A stretch of 64,000 bases of DNA, taken from positions 94,240,001-94,304,000 of the forward strand of contig OZ024741.1 in NCBI GenBank assembly GCA_964016885.1, in the 5' to 3' direction. Positions 1 through 14,595 of the stretch are shown piece by piece; the stretch's first letter is position 1; every line of letters starts with the position of its first letter. The position numbers were made by a program, and so were the translations under genes. Below the pieces are notes generated by a model. It was not told where the DNA came from. It saw only the letters and a program-made list of their open reading frames with translations, and ran no database searches. The stretch comes from Eledone cirrhosa. Taxonomy: Eukaryota.

Positions 1-1435
1 TATTAGTTTATTGCAGCTTTTCGATTTTAGTTTCCATAGTCTTTTGGCTACCATACCCTATCTATCTTCTTAAGCATTAGTATAGTTTCACTACTAACAC
101 CTTATGAGTTTATATCTTATTAAATACTTTGTTTGGAGTCTCATTCAACTAATGAACCTCCTCCTCTACACACTTAATATCCGCCCCTTCTATTATACTA
201 TATATAAATTTCACCTTTATGCTCCTTTTTATGATATTATATAATATATTGATTTTACTTTTATGCTCCTTCCTATCCTCCATAACCTCTCTTCTTTCTG
301 TTCCCATTGGTCTACCATAGTTCTATTTAGAGTCCTTTTATTTGATAACGTTATTCAACTGAACGAAGCATATTTTACTCTATTCTTGATAATTTTATTG
401 AGATATCTTAAACTTATACGGTTTTGATGACTTAAACACTAGCCAATTTTGAAGTGACTAAATATGTATTTTAAATACTTTTAATATTAATTAATTTAAA
501 AAGGTTTTCTAGTCAACTCTCTGGTCTATATTTCTATCTTTTTTCTTTTACTTAACCGCTTGTGACACCTAAGTAAATATACTTGTTTTTGTTTTTCGAT
601 CTTCGGTTTATTTTTTACTACTGCACGCTGTTTGTCTGACCATGTAATTTTATTAATATATGTCTGTATGTCAACCACGTAAATATATTTTGTAATATTT
701 TGTGATATTTTGGTAATATTTATGCCAATGTAAAATGACTTGACCTCCGTGTATTTGTTACAATGGTATAGATATTTTTTCAACAAAATTTTTTCAACAC
801 AATTTAGTTCTATATGATTTTTTTCTTACCCTGTGTAAAACTTTATACTATTTGTTAACCTTGAATTATATGTATGATGTAATTTTGTATATCTTTTGAT
901 GCCAATATATTATAATATTGTTATTATAATGTTATTATAATGTTTCTATATTGTTTATGCACACTGACAGGGAATTATATATTATATTTTATTTTTATTT
1001 TTATCTTTATTCTTATTTTTATCTTTATTATATTATACTGTAAACAATATATATATATATATTTAAATACTTAATAAGTGTTAGTTTGTATTTGTACTAA
1101 TGTGTATATGTATATATATATATATATATATACATACATTAAGCTTTTTACTATCACCATCTATTATATTATATTATATTCTATATCGTACTGTAATTCT
1201 CGCATTATATTACCATTTGTGTTTCAAGTTTTTCCATTATACAATATTTGCAATGTGGGTTCAACATGTTAATCACTTCCTTGCTATTTGGTCCATATCT
1301 ATGTTTGTAACTGCTCACTCTTATTCTTAGCCAACTTTTCCTTAATATCTTTCCTAAGCTTTAATAGATGTATACCCCATATTCTTCTGAGTTTTTGGCT
1401 TGTATTGGCCGATAGTGCTTCTTGTAGCTTTACTT

Positions 1436-1473
1436 GCCCTGATGAGTCCTTAATAGGACGAAACATTGTTGGC
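1436..1473 (+). ncRNA. Minimal type I hammerhead ribozyme (PLE pLTR type)
   Basis: GCC-CTGATGA-GTCC(ttaata)GGAC-GAAA-C(att)G-TT-GGC: full core, helix II, 2-bp helix III and helix I GCC/GGC, followed by AATAAA. Confidence 0.85.
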
Positions 1474-1624
1474 TAATAAAGACTTTTGATGTATTGAAGG
1501 CTTCTTTGGTTTATTTTTATAATTCTTCGGCTCTGTTTAATTACATTGAGCTATATCATATACTGTCATTTCTATAATATGAAGAGGGTGTTTAACTCCA
1601 ACACACTGTAGTATTTTAATTCTT

Positions 1625-2046
<422 letters not shown>

Positions 2047-2680
2047 ACGGCGATGAATTAGTTTTGCGATGTTTTTTATATGAAATCGTGTGTCGAAACA
2101 AATATTGTTATACTTGGTAACATAGACAACGTAGAAATTAGAATAATATCTAAACATAGAAATGACCCAGCAGATAGGCAAATCAGAGAGGCCAGTGAAA
2201 TAGAACTTAGAAGGCCAAGACTAAACAGAAAGAATGAATGGAATAACAACAACACCCAAACAAACAACAATGACCTAAGAGAACTATAAATAAATAAATA
2301 AATAAATAGATAAATAAATAAATATATACATACACAAGCACAATAACAACAAACACATATAAACACACACTAGTAAAGATAGAATACATAGAATACAATC
2401 ACGAACACACATCAAACAAAACACTATACACACGCGCAAACGCATGCGCAAAGAAGACAAAATAAAATAAACAAACAAATAAATAAATATATAGACAGAC
2501 TAAATAAAAATGGCGTAGACATACAATGTAACGGGAGGAAACAATAGCGCCACTGACGATGTTGCAGATGTGCAACGAAGAACTTTGATAAACTATATAT
2601 ATGTGTTTGTGTCTATATTGTATCTGTATTATTTTTGACCGTCGGTCAGTCAATGGCAACATTGAGGACCTAATAAATTA
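2047..2680 (+). mobile_element. Penelope-like element 3' fragment (GIY-YIG C-terminus, CA-rich UTR, degenerate hammerhead)
   Basis: ORF 2080-2289 contains [23 protein letters not shown], resembling the R..EA..I....P.LN end of PLE GIY-YIG endonucleases; CTGACGA-t-GTTGCA(gatg)TGCAAC-GAAG at 2553-2580. Confidence 0.7.
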
Positions 2681-2863
2681 GATTACCGATATAAAAGACA
2701 CAGAAGCGAAAAGCGAAAACCAACCAAACAGTGAGTGTGTTTTGTTATTAATTCTGGCAATATTACACAAATATCCCCAAGTATAACAATATATGTATAT
2801 ATATATGTATATATATATATATATGTATATATATGTATATATATATATGTATATATATACATA

Positions 2864-3013
<150 letters not shown>

Positions 3014-3134
3014 GGAAGTGAGTTTTATTTTAGAACAATAAAGCAATGCAAATATCGGATAAGTAGCACTGAACAGTTTATTGGACTGGAGTATATATAA
3101 GAAGAAATTAAAAGATGGTTAAAAAGGTTCCATG

Positions 3135-3205
3135 TATTTTATTATGCGCATTTCAAAAACAAATATCATCCTGGGACGATATTTGCGTTCTCATCAGATT
3201 AAATA
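3135..3205 (-). ncRNA. Type I hammerhead ribozyme in a PLE terminal fragment (about 3011-3245)
   Basis: Minus strand: TATTTAAT-CTGATGA-long helix II-GAAA-TGCGCA-TA-ATAAAATA; near-identical to 32452-32522. Confidence 0.88.
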
Positions 3206-4149
3206 GGGAGACATGATATGATACCTAAAAAAACACTTGTGAACAAGGTAGTGTCTAGTCAACATATGACAAATTAATTTAAAAGGATATAGAAGATTGG
3301 AAAAAAGTGAAGGAAGAGGAAAAATGGAAGGAAGAGGAAGAGAGGAAAAAGGAAGGAGAGGATAACGGAGGAAGAGTATAAGAAGGAAGGAGGAGAGAGA
3401 AAGGAGAGAGAGATAAACATTTAAATTGAAAAACGCTGTCACCGTTGAAAAATAACTGAATAACGGTTGTAAATTATAAATAAATTAAAAAATTAAAAAT
3501 TGATGAGGTTTATGATTGATGATGTTTATGATTACAGATATAGAAATTAAGTATACTATTTATTTAGGGTTTATATACTGAAGGATTTATTAAGAGGTGC
3601 GAAAATGTTTTATTAAAATGTATTATTAGAATAAGGTAAGGTGAATAAAAATAAAATTAATTGATTTATAAGCTTAGAAGACAATATAGGGCCCTAGTTT
3701 GTTTAAATAGATTGTAATAGAAAAACTATTTCTGTGAAAAAGTAATTATTTAAGCAAAGACAGGCACGGAAAGAGAGAAGAACAAACGAGGGGGAAAAAC
3801 AAATGACGTCAAAATTTGTTTACAAAATTCAACTAATGTTAATATTAATAAATTTGAAGTAAAAAATTGGGAAATAGTAATATTAAGAAAAAGTAATATT
3901 TAGAAGAAATAATATAAAGAAACATTAAATATGAACTATTTAAAAAAATAGTTTGTATTCCCAAGAAGAAAAAGGAGTTTGCTATAGTGACTTAAAAATT
4001 AGGGGACCAAAAACGTCATAGTATGAATAAACTTTGTAGAATGTACTGAAATATGCGAGAAAAAAGGGTATTTGTGTAAAAAAAAATATATATGTGTGAG
4101 AAAAAGTTTTTAATCTTAATCATGGAGTAAGATATACTTAGTGAAATGA

Positions 4150-5512
4150 CCTAAGCGATTTATGGATGCAAAGCGTAAATAAAATGGTTTCAACAAATGA
4201 GAAGTCAAAATGTTCCGATCAACGGCCCTATGATGCTTGAAAAGGCAAAAATATTTGCACAAACTTTAGGAATTCCCGATTTTGAACCATCTCATGGTTG
4301 GTTAAAGAGACTTAAAAAGCGTGAAAATATAAAATTTATGAAAGTGCATGATGAAAGAGCTGTCGCTGATCACTTAAGTGCCAAACATTGGATAGAAACA
4401 ATTTATACCAAGGAAATTGACGGCTATTCACCAAAGGATGTTTATAATTTCGATGAATCTGGTCTTTTTTTTAAAGCACTTCCATCTGGTACACTAGATG
4501 TCTCCGGAACAAATTCAACGGGTAGAAAAACCGCAAAAGACAGACTCACCATTCTCTTAGCAGTCAATTCCGATGGAACTGAAAAATACACTTTTATCAT
4601 GGGAAAATTTCAACGACCTCGTTGTATGCTGAATAAAAAAGCACCTCTATTACAGAAATTCAAAAGCTTGGATGACGAAAAACATTTTGCTGGAAATTAT
4701 TGCACAATTTGACAAAAAAAATGCGTGGCCAAAATCGAAAAGTCATTATTTTTGCAGACAATGCAAGCTGTCATAAAATTGAAAATCATTTTGAAAACGT
4801 AAAAATCGTATTTTTACCTCCAAATACGACCTCATTAATTCAGCCCCTTGATAAGGGGATAATACGTGCTGTGAAAGTGCATTATCGTACACAAATTGTG
4901 CGAAAGTTATTGGTGGCAATAGAAAATGGAAAGAGCGTAACTGAATTTGAAAAATCTTTTCATGTTCTTTTGTCTATGTAAATGTTGAAGCGCTCTCTTT
5001 TTCTTCTCAAACTCAAGACGATTGTCAATTGCTTTAAAAAAGCGGGTTTTCACAATGAAATTGAAGTCGAGTTGAACGATGTACTATTAATTGAAAGTGA
5101 TGATGCCAATATTCCTCAATTGGAACCCGAATTCATCGATTGTGATGTTAGCGAGCCGTGCTATGGTGATTTAACTGATGCTGAAATACGTTTGCAAGTT
5201 GAAAACGAGCGCATGATAATAGAAGAGGAGGAAGAAGTAGATTATATTGAAACCGAATTAACTAGAAAGGTTAGTATGTATTATTTTTATATTTATAATA
5301 TGAATGTCCATAGGTACCTAACATAACTTTAATCATTAATCAATATTTTAGATCTCTGTAAAAGAAGGAATAAATGCTTTGTTGACTGTACGATCCTATA
5401 TGATGCAATCGTTTGAAAATTTTGAAAATTATACTCTGTCTGAGATTGAGGCTTTGATTGAAAAAACATTGCGAGCAATCGAGTGCAAAAAAGCATTTTG
5501 GACTATTTTTAA
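4150..5512 (+). pseudogene. pogo/Tigger DDE transposase (CENP-B HTH plus DDE_1), frameshifted, one intron at 5270-5351
   Basis: Motifs PINGPMMLEKAK, FEPSHGWLKRLKKR, YNFDESGLFFKALP, KDRLTILL, DNASCH and LPPNTTSLIQPLDKGII across ORFs 4197, 4700, 4982 and 5379. Confidence 0.93.
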
Positions 5513-5680
5513 GAAATATAAATTGCATACCAATATGTTGAAATATTGCTTAATTTATCTATAATTTGCAATAATTCTTGTTGAATTTTTTGGTGTAACT
5601 TTCATTTTTTTTTTACTTATAAATGCATTTTAAACGATAATAAAACGCTTTTTAATCATTGAAAGACTCAAAATAATAAT

Positions 5681-5860
5681 TGTTTCTACTTTAGGCACAA
5701 GGCCAGCAATTACCCAGTGCATTACTGGTACTTTATTTTATCGACCCCGTAAGGATGAAAGGCAAAGTCAACCTCGGCGGGATTTGAATTCAGATCGTAA
5801 AGGGACATAACTATGCTGGAAAGCATGGCGTCCGACCCTCTACCGATACTGCCAATCCAC
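5681..5860 (-). mobile_element. tRNA-derived Nin/Deu-domain SINE (octopus OK-like) inserted in the pogo 3' region
   Basis: A-box TGGCAGTATCGG, B-box-like TTCAAATCC, GCCTTTCATCCTTACGGGGTCGATAAAAT core; flanked by AATAATA on both sides. Confidence 0.88.
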
Positions 5861-5889
5861 AATAATACTATGGAATATTTTTACTTAGT

Positions 5890-6080
<191 letters not shown>

Positions 6081-6123
6081 CATTTGTGTATTTATATATA
6101 TATATATGTGTGTGTGTGTAGGT

Positions 6124-6157
<34 letters not shown>

Positions 6158-6236
6158 ATACACATAGTCGTAGTTGTAGCAAAGACAATACAGGCCAAAA
6201 TCCAGAGAGGTTGTGTATATATATATATATAATCAT

Positions 6237-6674
6237 ATGGTGGCTGCCAACTCGTTTTCGAGTACGGCCACTACTTTATATCCATGTAGGAGAACCCCTA
6301 CTGATGCGCTGAACGAGTGCGACTTTCCAGTCCAGCCAGCGACTTGAAAGCTCTGGTACAAACACTACACTTGTGACAACCATTGACACACAGCGCTGGG
6401 CCCATGGTACCATGTGACGACAAATGCAGAGAGATCTCCAGATATAAAGCAATGCCTGTGCCGTGAAGCTTTTATAGTGAGCAAAGGCACTGCACAAAGC
6501 CAGTCCCACTCTCTTAACCAAGATGATATTTACCAAAAAGAAGAACAAGTCAACATCATTGGATACCATCAGGGTTGCAGGTGTTATATCAGAGTTTTCC
6601 TTCTCCTAGAATTCTGCCTTGACAAAGGCTAAGGGGTCATCTCTCCCGGTGATTTTGGATGGCCATTGACTCTT
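6237..6674 (-). mobile_element. Non-autonomous RTE-derived element (same family as 16075-17545)
   Basis: Reverse complement matches 16193-16630, including the C2H2-like coding remnant and the GAGTTGGCAGCCACCAT 3' end. Confidence 0.75.
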
Positions 6675-6840
6675 ATATATATAAGCATATATTCAAATGT
6701 ATAATGTACTCATACAACGAATAACACACAATAACACGTTGGTTTTACATAAACTCGTAGAGCAAATATTTATTATTTTAGCACGAATTGAAAGTTTGAG
6801 CAAATAATTTCTACTTTCACCTTAAATGTTTAATCTGTGC

Positions 6841-6894
<54 letters not shown>

Positions 6895-6898
<4 letters not shown>

Positions 6899-7416
6899 AG
6901 TAAACAATTTACCACATTCTGAGAAGTGGTATGAGCATAAGCCAGAGTTGGTGATAGAAAACGATCAGGTGAAGGTGCTATGGGATTTTAGGATACAGAC
7001 GGACAAGAAACTGGAACACAATAGACCTGACCTGGTGGTTTTGGACAAGGAAAAAAGATCGTGCCTGATTGTGGATGTGGCCTGCCCATTCGACACGAGA
7101 GTGCAAGGGAAGGAGAGGGAGAAAATTAACCGATACCAGGACTTAAAGTGGGAGGTAAAAAGGATTTGGAACTGCCATGAAGTCAAAGTGACCCCGATTG
7201 TCATAGGCGCACTAGGGACTATCTCAAAAAGTTTCCAGGGATGGTTAAAGAAAATTGGCCCCTTCACGCTTTTTGGAACGCTTCAAAAGGCATGCTTGCT
7301 GGGAACAGCAAGAACCCTCCGATACGTCCTGAATATCTGAGGCTGCAGGTAGTGGCTTGATATTCATTTCAACAAACTTTCCAGTTAACTAACATCAATG
7401 ACTGAGACTCAAAGAG
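6895..7416 (+). mobile_element. R4/Dong-clade non-LTR retrotransposon, family A, heavily 5'-truncated (RLE domain plus 3' UTR)
   Basis: HNRPDLVV...IVDVACPFD...EKINRYQDL restriction-like endonuclease motif; (TAA)n on both sides. Confidence 0.9.
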
Positions 7417-7426
7417 TAATAACAAC

Positions 7427-7482
<56 letters not shown>

Positions 7483-7483
<1 letters not shown>

Positions 7484-9947
7484 CAGAACCACATGTTTGA
7501 CAACAACCAGAAGATGCTGTTTGGACAGCTTGAGGGGAAAGAAAGAGGCAAAGACTTGATCCCTGCGGCGGAACAAACTAAAACATTCTGGAGAGGAATA
7601 TGGGAGCAGGATGTTAAACATAATGATCAGGCAGTATGGATTGAGACAGTACAGAAGGAGAATAGTGAACAGGCACACCAACAAACTGACTTGAGTATCA
7701 CAGTTGAAACTCTTAAGGGGCAGGCCAAAAAACTAACCAACTGGAAATCACCAGGCCCAGATGGTGTGCAGGGGTATTGGATTAAAAATATAACATCCCT
7801 CCACCCGAAACTGACAACCATGTTCAATGACTGCTTGATGTCAGGTGAGGTACCAGAGTGGTTGACAAAAGGTACCACAGTTCTGGTAATGAAAGACCGA
7901 ATCAAGGGTAATGATGTTACCAACTATAGACCTATCACGTCTGTCCGTAATGTGGAAACTGTTGACAAGCATTATGTCTGAGGAAATCTACCATCACCTC
8001 CACACAAACAACTTGTTAACGGACGAACAGAAAGGATGCCGAAAGAAGTCCCGTGGTACAAAGGACCAGTTACTTATTGATAAGATGGTAATGAGGAATT
8101 ATAAGAGGAGACACACTGGTCTTGCCATGGGATGGATAGACTACAAAAAGGCATTTGACATGGTGCCTCATTCTTGGATCACCAAAAGCCTAGAGATCTT
8201 CAAGGTGGCAGATAACGTCAGACAGTTGTTGGGAAAAAGTATGAAGTCCTGGGAAACAGAGTTAACATCAGCTGGAGAATCCTTGGGAGACGTGAAGATC
8301 AAGAGAGGTATCTTCCAGGGAGATAGTCTGTCCCCTCTGTTGTTTATCCTTACCCTGATGCCCCTGACCATTATACTGCGAAAAGTGAGAGCAGGATACA
8401 AGTTGGGAAAGGGAGAGCTTACCATCAATCACCTCCTCTTCATGGAAGATCTTAAGCTCTTCGGGAAGAGTGATAAGGAGTTGGATGTGCTTGTTGACAC
8501 TGTCCGTATTTTCAGCAATGATATATGTATGCAATTTGGTATTAGTAAGTGTGGAGTCCTTGTGATGAAGAGGGGTAAATTGAGCAGAAACAACGGAATC
8601 CAGGTACCAACAGGTGAGATGATAAAGGAAATTGATACTGAAGAAGGATACAAGTGTTTGGGTGTTCTGGAGGCTGATGACATCAAGAACAAAAAAATGA
8701 AGGAATTGATAAGAATACATTCGGCGAGTAAGGAGCGTATTTAAGTCACATCTGAACAGTAGGAATCCCATAAGTGCAATAAATTCCCGAGCTGTTTCTA
8801 TTATTAGGTACAGTGCGGGAATTCTGAGATGGAATGTTGCTGAACAAAAAGAAATGGATAGGAAGACTAGGAAGCTATTGACTATCTACAACATGTTCCA
8901 CAAGAGGAGTGATGTCGATAGACTCTACTTAAGGAGATCTGAAGGTGGAAGAGGTCTTATCAGCATAGAGGACTGTGTTCAGATGGAGAAAAACAACCTA
9001 CACAAATACGTGACTGATAATAAGGAGCCAATGCTCAGAACTGTACTGAAGGAGAGGACAATAGACCAGGGGATGTCCAAGGAGGAAATAACAACAAGGG
9101 GAAAGAGCAGCCTTCAGGAAAAATCCCTTCATAGTACCTTCTTTGAGAAAACTGAATTCAGAGATCCACAGACATGGAACTGGTTGAAAAGAGGAGACCT
9201 TAAAAAGGCTACAGAAGGAATGTTAATGGCTGCGCAAGAGCAGGCCCTCAAAACGAAGTGGTTGAAACACCATATTTACAAGGAGGAGGCTAGCCCACTG
9301 TGCAGGATCTGTGGAGAGAGAGAGGAGACTGTGGCTCACATTGTATCCGAGTGTAAACACCTAGCACAGACTCACTAGAAGGGCTGGAGACATGATGTGA
9401 TGGGCAGGGTGATCCACTGGCACCTATGCAAAGTAAACAATTTACCACATTCTGAGAAGTGGTATGAGCATAAGCCAGAGTCGGTGATAGAAAACGATCA
9501 GGTGAAGGTGCTGTGGGATTTTAGGATACAGACGGACAAGAAACTGGAACACAATAGACCTGACCTGGTGGTTTTGGACAAAGAAAAAAGATCGTGTCTG
9601 ATTGTGGATGTGGCCTGCCCGTTCGACACGAGAGTGCAAGAGAAGGAGAGGGAGAAAATTAACCGATACCAGGACTTAAAGTGGGAGGTAAAAAGGATTT
9701 GGAACTGCCATGAAGTCAAAGTGGTCCCGAGTGTCATAGGCGCACTAGGGACTATCTCAAAAAGTTTCCAGGGATGGTTAAAGAAAATTGGCCCCTTCAC
9801 GCTTTTTGGAACGCTTCAAAAGGCATGCTTGCTGGGAACAGCAAGAACCCTCTGATACGTCCTGAATATCTGAGGCTGCAGGTAATGGCTTGATATTCAT
9901 TTCAACAAACTTTCCAGTTAACTAACATCAATGACTGAGACTCAAAG
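7483..9947 (+). mobile_element. R4/Dong-clade retrotransposon, family A, RT plus CCHC plus RLE, frameshifted
   Basis: NWKSPGPDGV, NYRPIT, WIDYKKAFDMVPH, GIFQGDSLSP, HLLFMEDLKL, CRICGEREETVAHIVSEC, RPDLVV. Confidence 0.93.
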
Positions 9948-9986
9948 AACAATAATAATAATAATAATAATATTTTCAATAATAGT

Positions 9987-11430
9987 ATTTTCAGCAGTGA
10001 TATATGTATGCAGTTTGGTATTGGTAAATGTGGAGTCATTGTGATGAAGAAGGGTAGGTTGAGCAGAAGTAACGGGATCCAGATACCAACAGGTGAGATG
10101 ATAAAGGAAATTGACTCTGAGGAAGGATACAAGTATTTGGGCGTTCTGGAGGCTGATGGCATAAAGAACAAAAAAATGAAGGAATTGTTAAGAACTGAAT
10201 ACATTCGAAGAGTAAGGAGCGTATTGAAGTCACATCTGAACAGCAGAAATGCCATAAGCGCAGTAAATTCCCGAGCTGTGTCTATTATTAGGTACAGTGC
10301 GGGAATTCTGAGATGGAATGTTGCTGAACAAAAAGAAATGGATAGGAAGACTAGGAAGCTATTGACTATCTACAACATGTTCCACAAGAGGAGTGATGTC
10401 GATAGACTCTACCTAAGGAGATCTGAGGGTGGAAGAGGTCTTATCAGCATAGAGGACTGTGTTCAGATGGAGAAAAACAACCTATACAAATACGTGACCT
10501 ATAGTAAGGAGCCAATGCTCAGAACTGTACTGAAGGAGGGGACAGTAGGCCAGGGGATGTCCAAGGAGGAAATAACATCAAGGAGGAAGAGAAGCCTTAA
10601 GGGAAAATCCCTTCATAGTACCTTCTTTGAGAAAACTGAATTTAGAGATCCACAGACATGGAACTGGTTGAGAAGAGGAGACCTCAAAAAGGCTACAGAA
10701 GGAATGCTAATGGCTGCGCAGGAGCAGGCCCTCAAAACGAAGTGGTTGAAGCACCATATCTACAAGGAGGAGGCTAGCCCACTGTGCAGGATCTGTGGAG
10801 AGAGAGAGGAGACTGTGGCTCACATTGTGTCCGAGTGTAAACACCTAGCCCAGACCCACTATAAGGGCTGGAGACACGATGTGATGGGCAGGGTGATCCA
10901 CTGGTACCTGTGCAAAGTAAACAATTTACCACATTCTGAGAAATGGTATGAGCATAGGCCAGAGGCGGTGATGGAGAACAATCAGGTGAAGGTGCTGTGG
11001 GATTTTAGGATACAGACGGACAAGAAACTGGAACACAATAGACCTGACCTGGTGGTTTTGGACAAAGAAAAAAGAACGTGTCTGATTGTGGATGTGGCCT
11101 GCCCGTTCGACACGAGAGTGCAAGAGAAGGAGAGGGAGAAAATTAACCGATACCAGGACCTAAAGTGGGAGGTGAAAAGGATTTGGAACTGCCATGAAGT
11201 CAAAGTGATCCCGATTGTCATAGGCGCACTGGGGACTATCTCCAAAAGTTTCCAGGGATGGTTAAAGAAAATCGGCCCCTTCACGCTTTTTGGAACGCTT
11301 CAAAAGGCATGCTTGCTTGGAACAGCAAGAACCCTCCGATACGTCCTGAATATCTGAGGCTGCAGGTAGTGGCTTGATATTCAATCCAACGGACTTTCCA
11401 GTTAACCAACATCAATGACTGAGATTCAAG
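9987..11430 (+). mobile_element. R4/Dong-clade retrotransposon, family A, 5'-truncated, open 449-aa C-terminal ORF
   Basis: ORF 10008-11357 covers RT thumb, CCHC and RLE; same 3' UTR and TAA tail as the other copies. Confidence 0.93.
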
Positions 11431-11460
11431 GAATAACAACAACAATAATAATAATAATAA

Positions 11461-14400
11461 AAAATACTGAATGAGCTTGCAGTAGTAAGACATTCTAGTA
11501 TAAATGATAGAGAACCACTTCAAAAACTCCCAAATACAATCCAAAATAGAAAACAAATAATGATTGGTAATTCTGTGAAAAAAGAAATCATAGAAGAACT
11601 AGAACCTGATCTTACTGAGTTAAATGAAATCATTTATGCATCTGCTAGAGTAATTGAAACAAGTTGTTTACCACCAAAAAAACAAAAAAAGTCGAACCTT
11701 CGAGGTAAACCAATTTGGAGGAGTAGAATCGAAAAGGAGATTGACGTAATGAGAGGAGAAATATCTTTATTGAGTGAGTTAACCGCTGGAAATGATATAA
11801 GATCCAAGAAGGTAAGAAATCTAAAGAGAAAATATGGACTGTCTTCTAGAGAAGCATTAGTTTCAACAAAAGAATCTCTGAAACAAAAAGTCCAAGTAAA
11901 AGCCCAACGAATTCGTAGATTCGAGAAGCGAAACAACTTCTACAGGCAAAATAGGTTGTTCTCATCCAATGCCAAGTCATTTTATAGAGAAGTAGGGAAG
12001 AAAATAAATAATTATTGAAGACCCCATAGAAGAAGTTGAAAACTTCTGAAGTAAGATTTGGAGAGATAAGAAGACATATAATGCTAATGTAAATTGGATT
12101 AGTCGCCTGGAAAAATCCTACACAAATTTAGAAGAACAGGCGTGGGAAGACATCTCTATAGCGGACTTAAGGACAGTACTCAATAAATCTCATAAATGGA
12201 AATCTCCTGGTAGAGACAGGGTGCCAAATTTCTGGCTTTCCTCACTCCCGTACACGCACAATATATTAGTCAAGCTGTTTAATGGAATTATGAAAGATCC
12301 AAAAAATACACCTGATTGGATAGCAAGTGGCATTACCTACCTTCTACCAAAGAAAAACGAAACCAAAGATCCAAAAAACTATCGGCCCATAACCTGCTTG
12401 TCCACCGCTATTAAATTATTAACATCTATTCTCATGGAAAAAGCATACATGTTTTTGGAGGAGAACAATCTTTTCCCCCATTGAACAAAACGGGTGCCGA
12501 CGGGTGCCGCATATGGTTGCAAAGATCAACTTTTGATTAATCGTATGATCCTTGAGAACTGTCATAATAAACACAGAAATCTCAGTTCTATATGGATCGA
12601 TTATAAAAAGGCCTTTGACAGCATACCACACTCATGGATTCTGAAATCACTGGACATCTTCAAAATCTCACCTGTGATCTCAAACTTCCTGAAATACAAT
12701 ATGTCATTATGGAACACAAATCTCCAACTGTCTCATTCCACTGGGGTACTGTGCTCTGGGAATATAAACATCAACTGTGATATATTCCAGGGTGACTCAC
12801 TTTCACCCTTGCTTTTCTGCATGGCTTTAATAGAACAGAGTACGGTTATAGAATAAACCACCTATTTTATATGGATGATTTGAAGCTCTATTGCAAAGAT
12901 AATGACGAACTGGAAGGCCTTTAGCGGACAGTAAAAACGTTTAGCGATGATATCAGGATGGAGTTTGGACTTGACAAGTGTGCAAAAGTCACTTTCAAGA
13001 AGGGGAAGCTTGTCAACTCAGACTCAGTTGAATTGAATCATAAAGGAACATGAGCAGGAACAAACCTATAAATACTTAGGGATTAATGAGGGCTCTGGCA
13101 TACAGCATGCAAGTATGAAAGAGAGGATAAGGAAATAATATTACAGGAGAGTACGTGCAGTTCTGAGATCAGAACTAAACGCTCGTAACAAGGTGCTAGC
13201 TATAAATTCCTTGGCAGTCCCAGCTGTCACTTATAGCTTCGGTGTGCTGAACTGGAATATGAGTGAGATCAAAAGAATCGACACCAAAGTCCGTAAGCTA
13301 ATGACCTGTAATAGGATGCACCACCCAAAAGCAGATGTGGATCGTCTTTACCTTCCTAGAACGCAAGGAGGCCGTGGCCTGATCTAATTTGAACTTTCTT
13401 ACAAGACCACCATCATTGGACTGGCCAAATACCTTGAAACAACTAACGACTGTATGCTGAAACTTGTTGAAAAGCATGAGAGAAGTAAGAAGCTTCATTC
13501 TATCTTGAAGTAGAGAAAAAAAATGCTACTGATCTCATGTTTGATACCCAGGCTGGACAGACTAAAGAAACTGTTGCAACTGATGCTGCTAGGCAGATAA
13601 AATCACTGGCAAAAGAAAAAGGGCAAGAACAATTAGCATCAAAGTGGGAGTAGAAACCCCTGCATGGCAAATATGTGGCCCGTAGCAAACAAGCTGATCT
13701 TGACCAAAGGCACACCCATCAGTGGCTACGTAATTCAGGGCTGAAGGCGGAGAGTGAAGGCTTCATTTTAGCTGCCCAAGATCAAAGCTTACTGACTCGT
13801 AAATACCAGGCCAATGTGATGAGAAACGGAATAAACCCAAAAGTGCCGATTCTGCAATGCTGGGGTTGAAACAGTGGATCACTTAGTCTCTGGATGTAAA
13901 GTTTTAGCACCAGTAGAATACAAATATAGACATGACAGAGTTGACCAATATCTACACTGGGTAATATGTCGGCATTACAAAATCAAAGCTGAAAAGAAGT
14001 GGTACAATCATCACTCTGAGGCTGTAACTGAAGGAGAAAAAGTAACAATTCTCTGGGACTTCCTGCACATACTGACAGGACCAGACATCATTGTAAAAGA
14101 TCAACATAACAAGGTCTGTTTATTGGTAGATATGAGCATCCCATGTGATCACAATATCGCAGCAAAAGAATTTGACAAGCTACGAAAATATAAAGATCTG
14201 CTTATTGAAATTGAGAAAATGTGGAACCTCAAGGCCGTTACAATACCAGTGATTGTGGACTGGGAATGATCAAGAAAGGAACAGAACAATATTTGCGAAT
14301 GATTCCTGATTTACCCTCTCTGCCGGAGGTGCAAAAAATTGTTTTGACTGGTACAGCACAAGTATTGAGAAGAGCACTATCTCTGTAAGATTGATATCAC

Positions 14401-14578
14401 TCCTTGTATTTACATATGCATATGCACCTGTGTATATATGTATTGTTTTTTGTTGTTGTTGTTTCTTTTTGTTTTAATTATAATCAATGTGCTGTATTAA
14501 CTGGCTTACCAATGCACACTGTGAATTTATTTGCCCTAGGTGTTAGGAAGACACTCGGCATAACAATAATGAAAGAAG
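11461..14578 (+). mobile_element. R4/Dong-clade retrotransposon, second family (B), decayed
   Basis: KWKSPG, NYRPITCL, WIDYKKAFDSIPH, FQGDSLSP, YMDD (tatatggatgat), HPKADVDRLY, PDIIV...VDMSIP; many stop codons. Confidence 0.9.
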
Positions 14579-14595
14579 ATAAGAACAATAATAAT

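Noticed and set aside
338-460. Hammerhead-like remnants (TTGATAA-CGTT...AACGAAG; TTGATGA...GAAG)
   Set aside because: Multiple core mismatches in very AT-rich DNA; cannot be told apart from chance.
4197-5564. Domesticated TIGD/CENP-B host gene
   Set aside because: Frameshifts, a stop codon and a retained TIR indicate a decayed transposon.
6965-11284. Repeated minus-strand ORF MKGPIFFNHPWK
   Set aside because: Antisense shadow of the repeated R4/Dong RLE domain.
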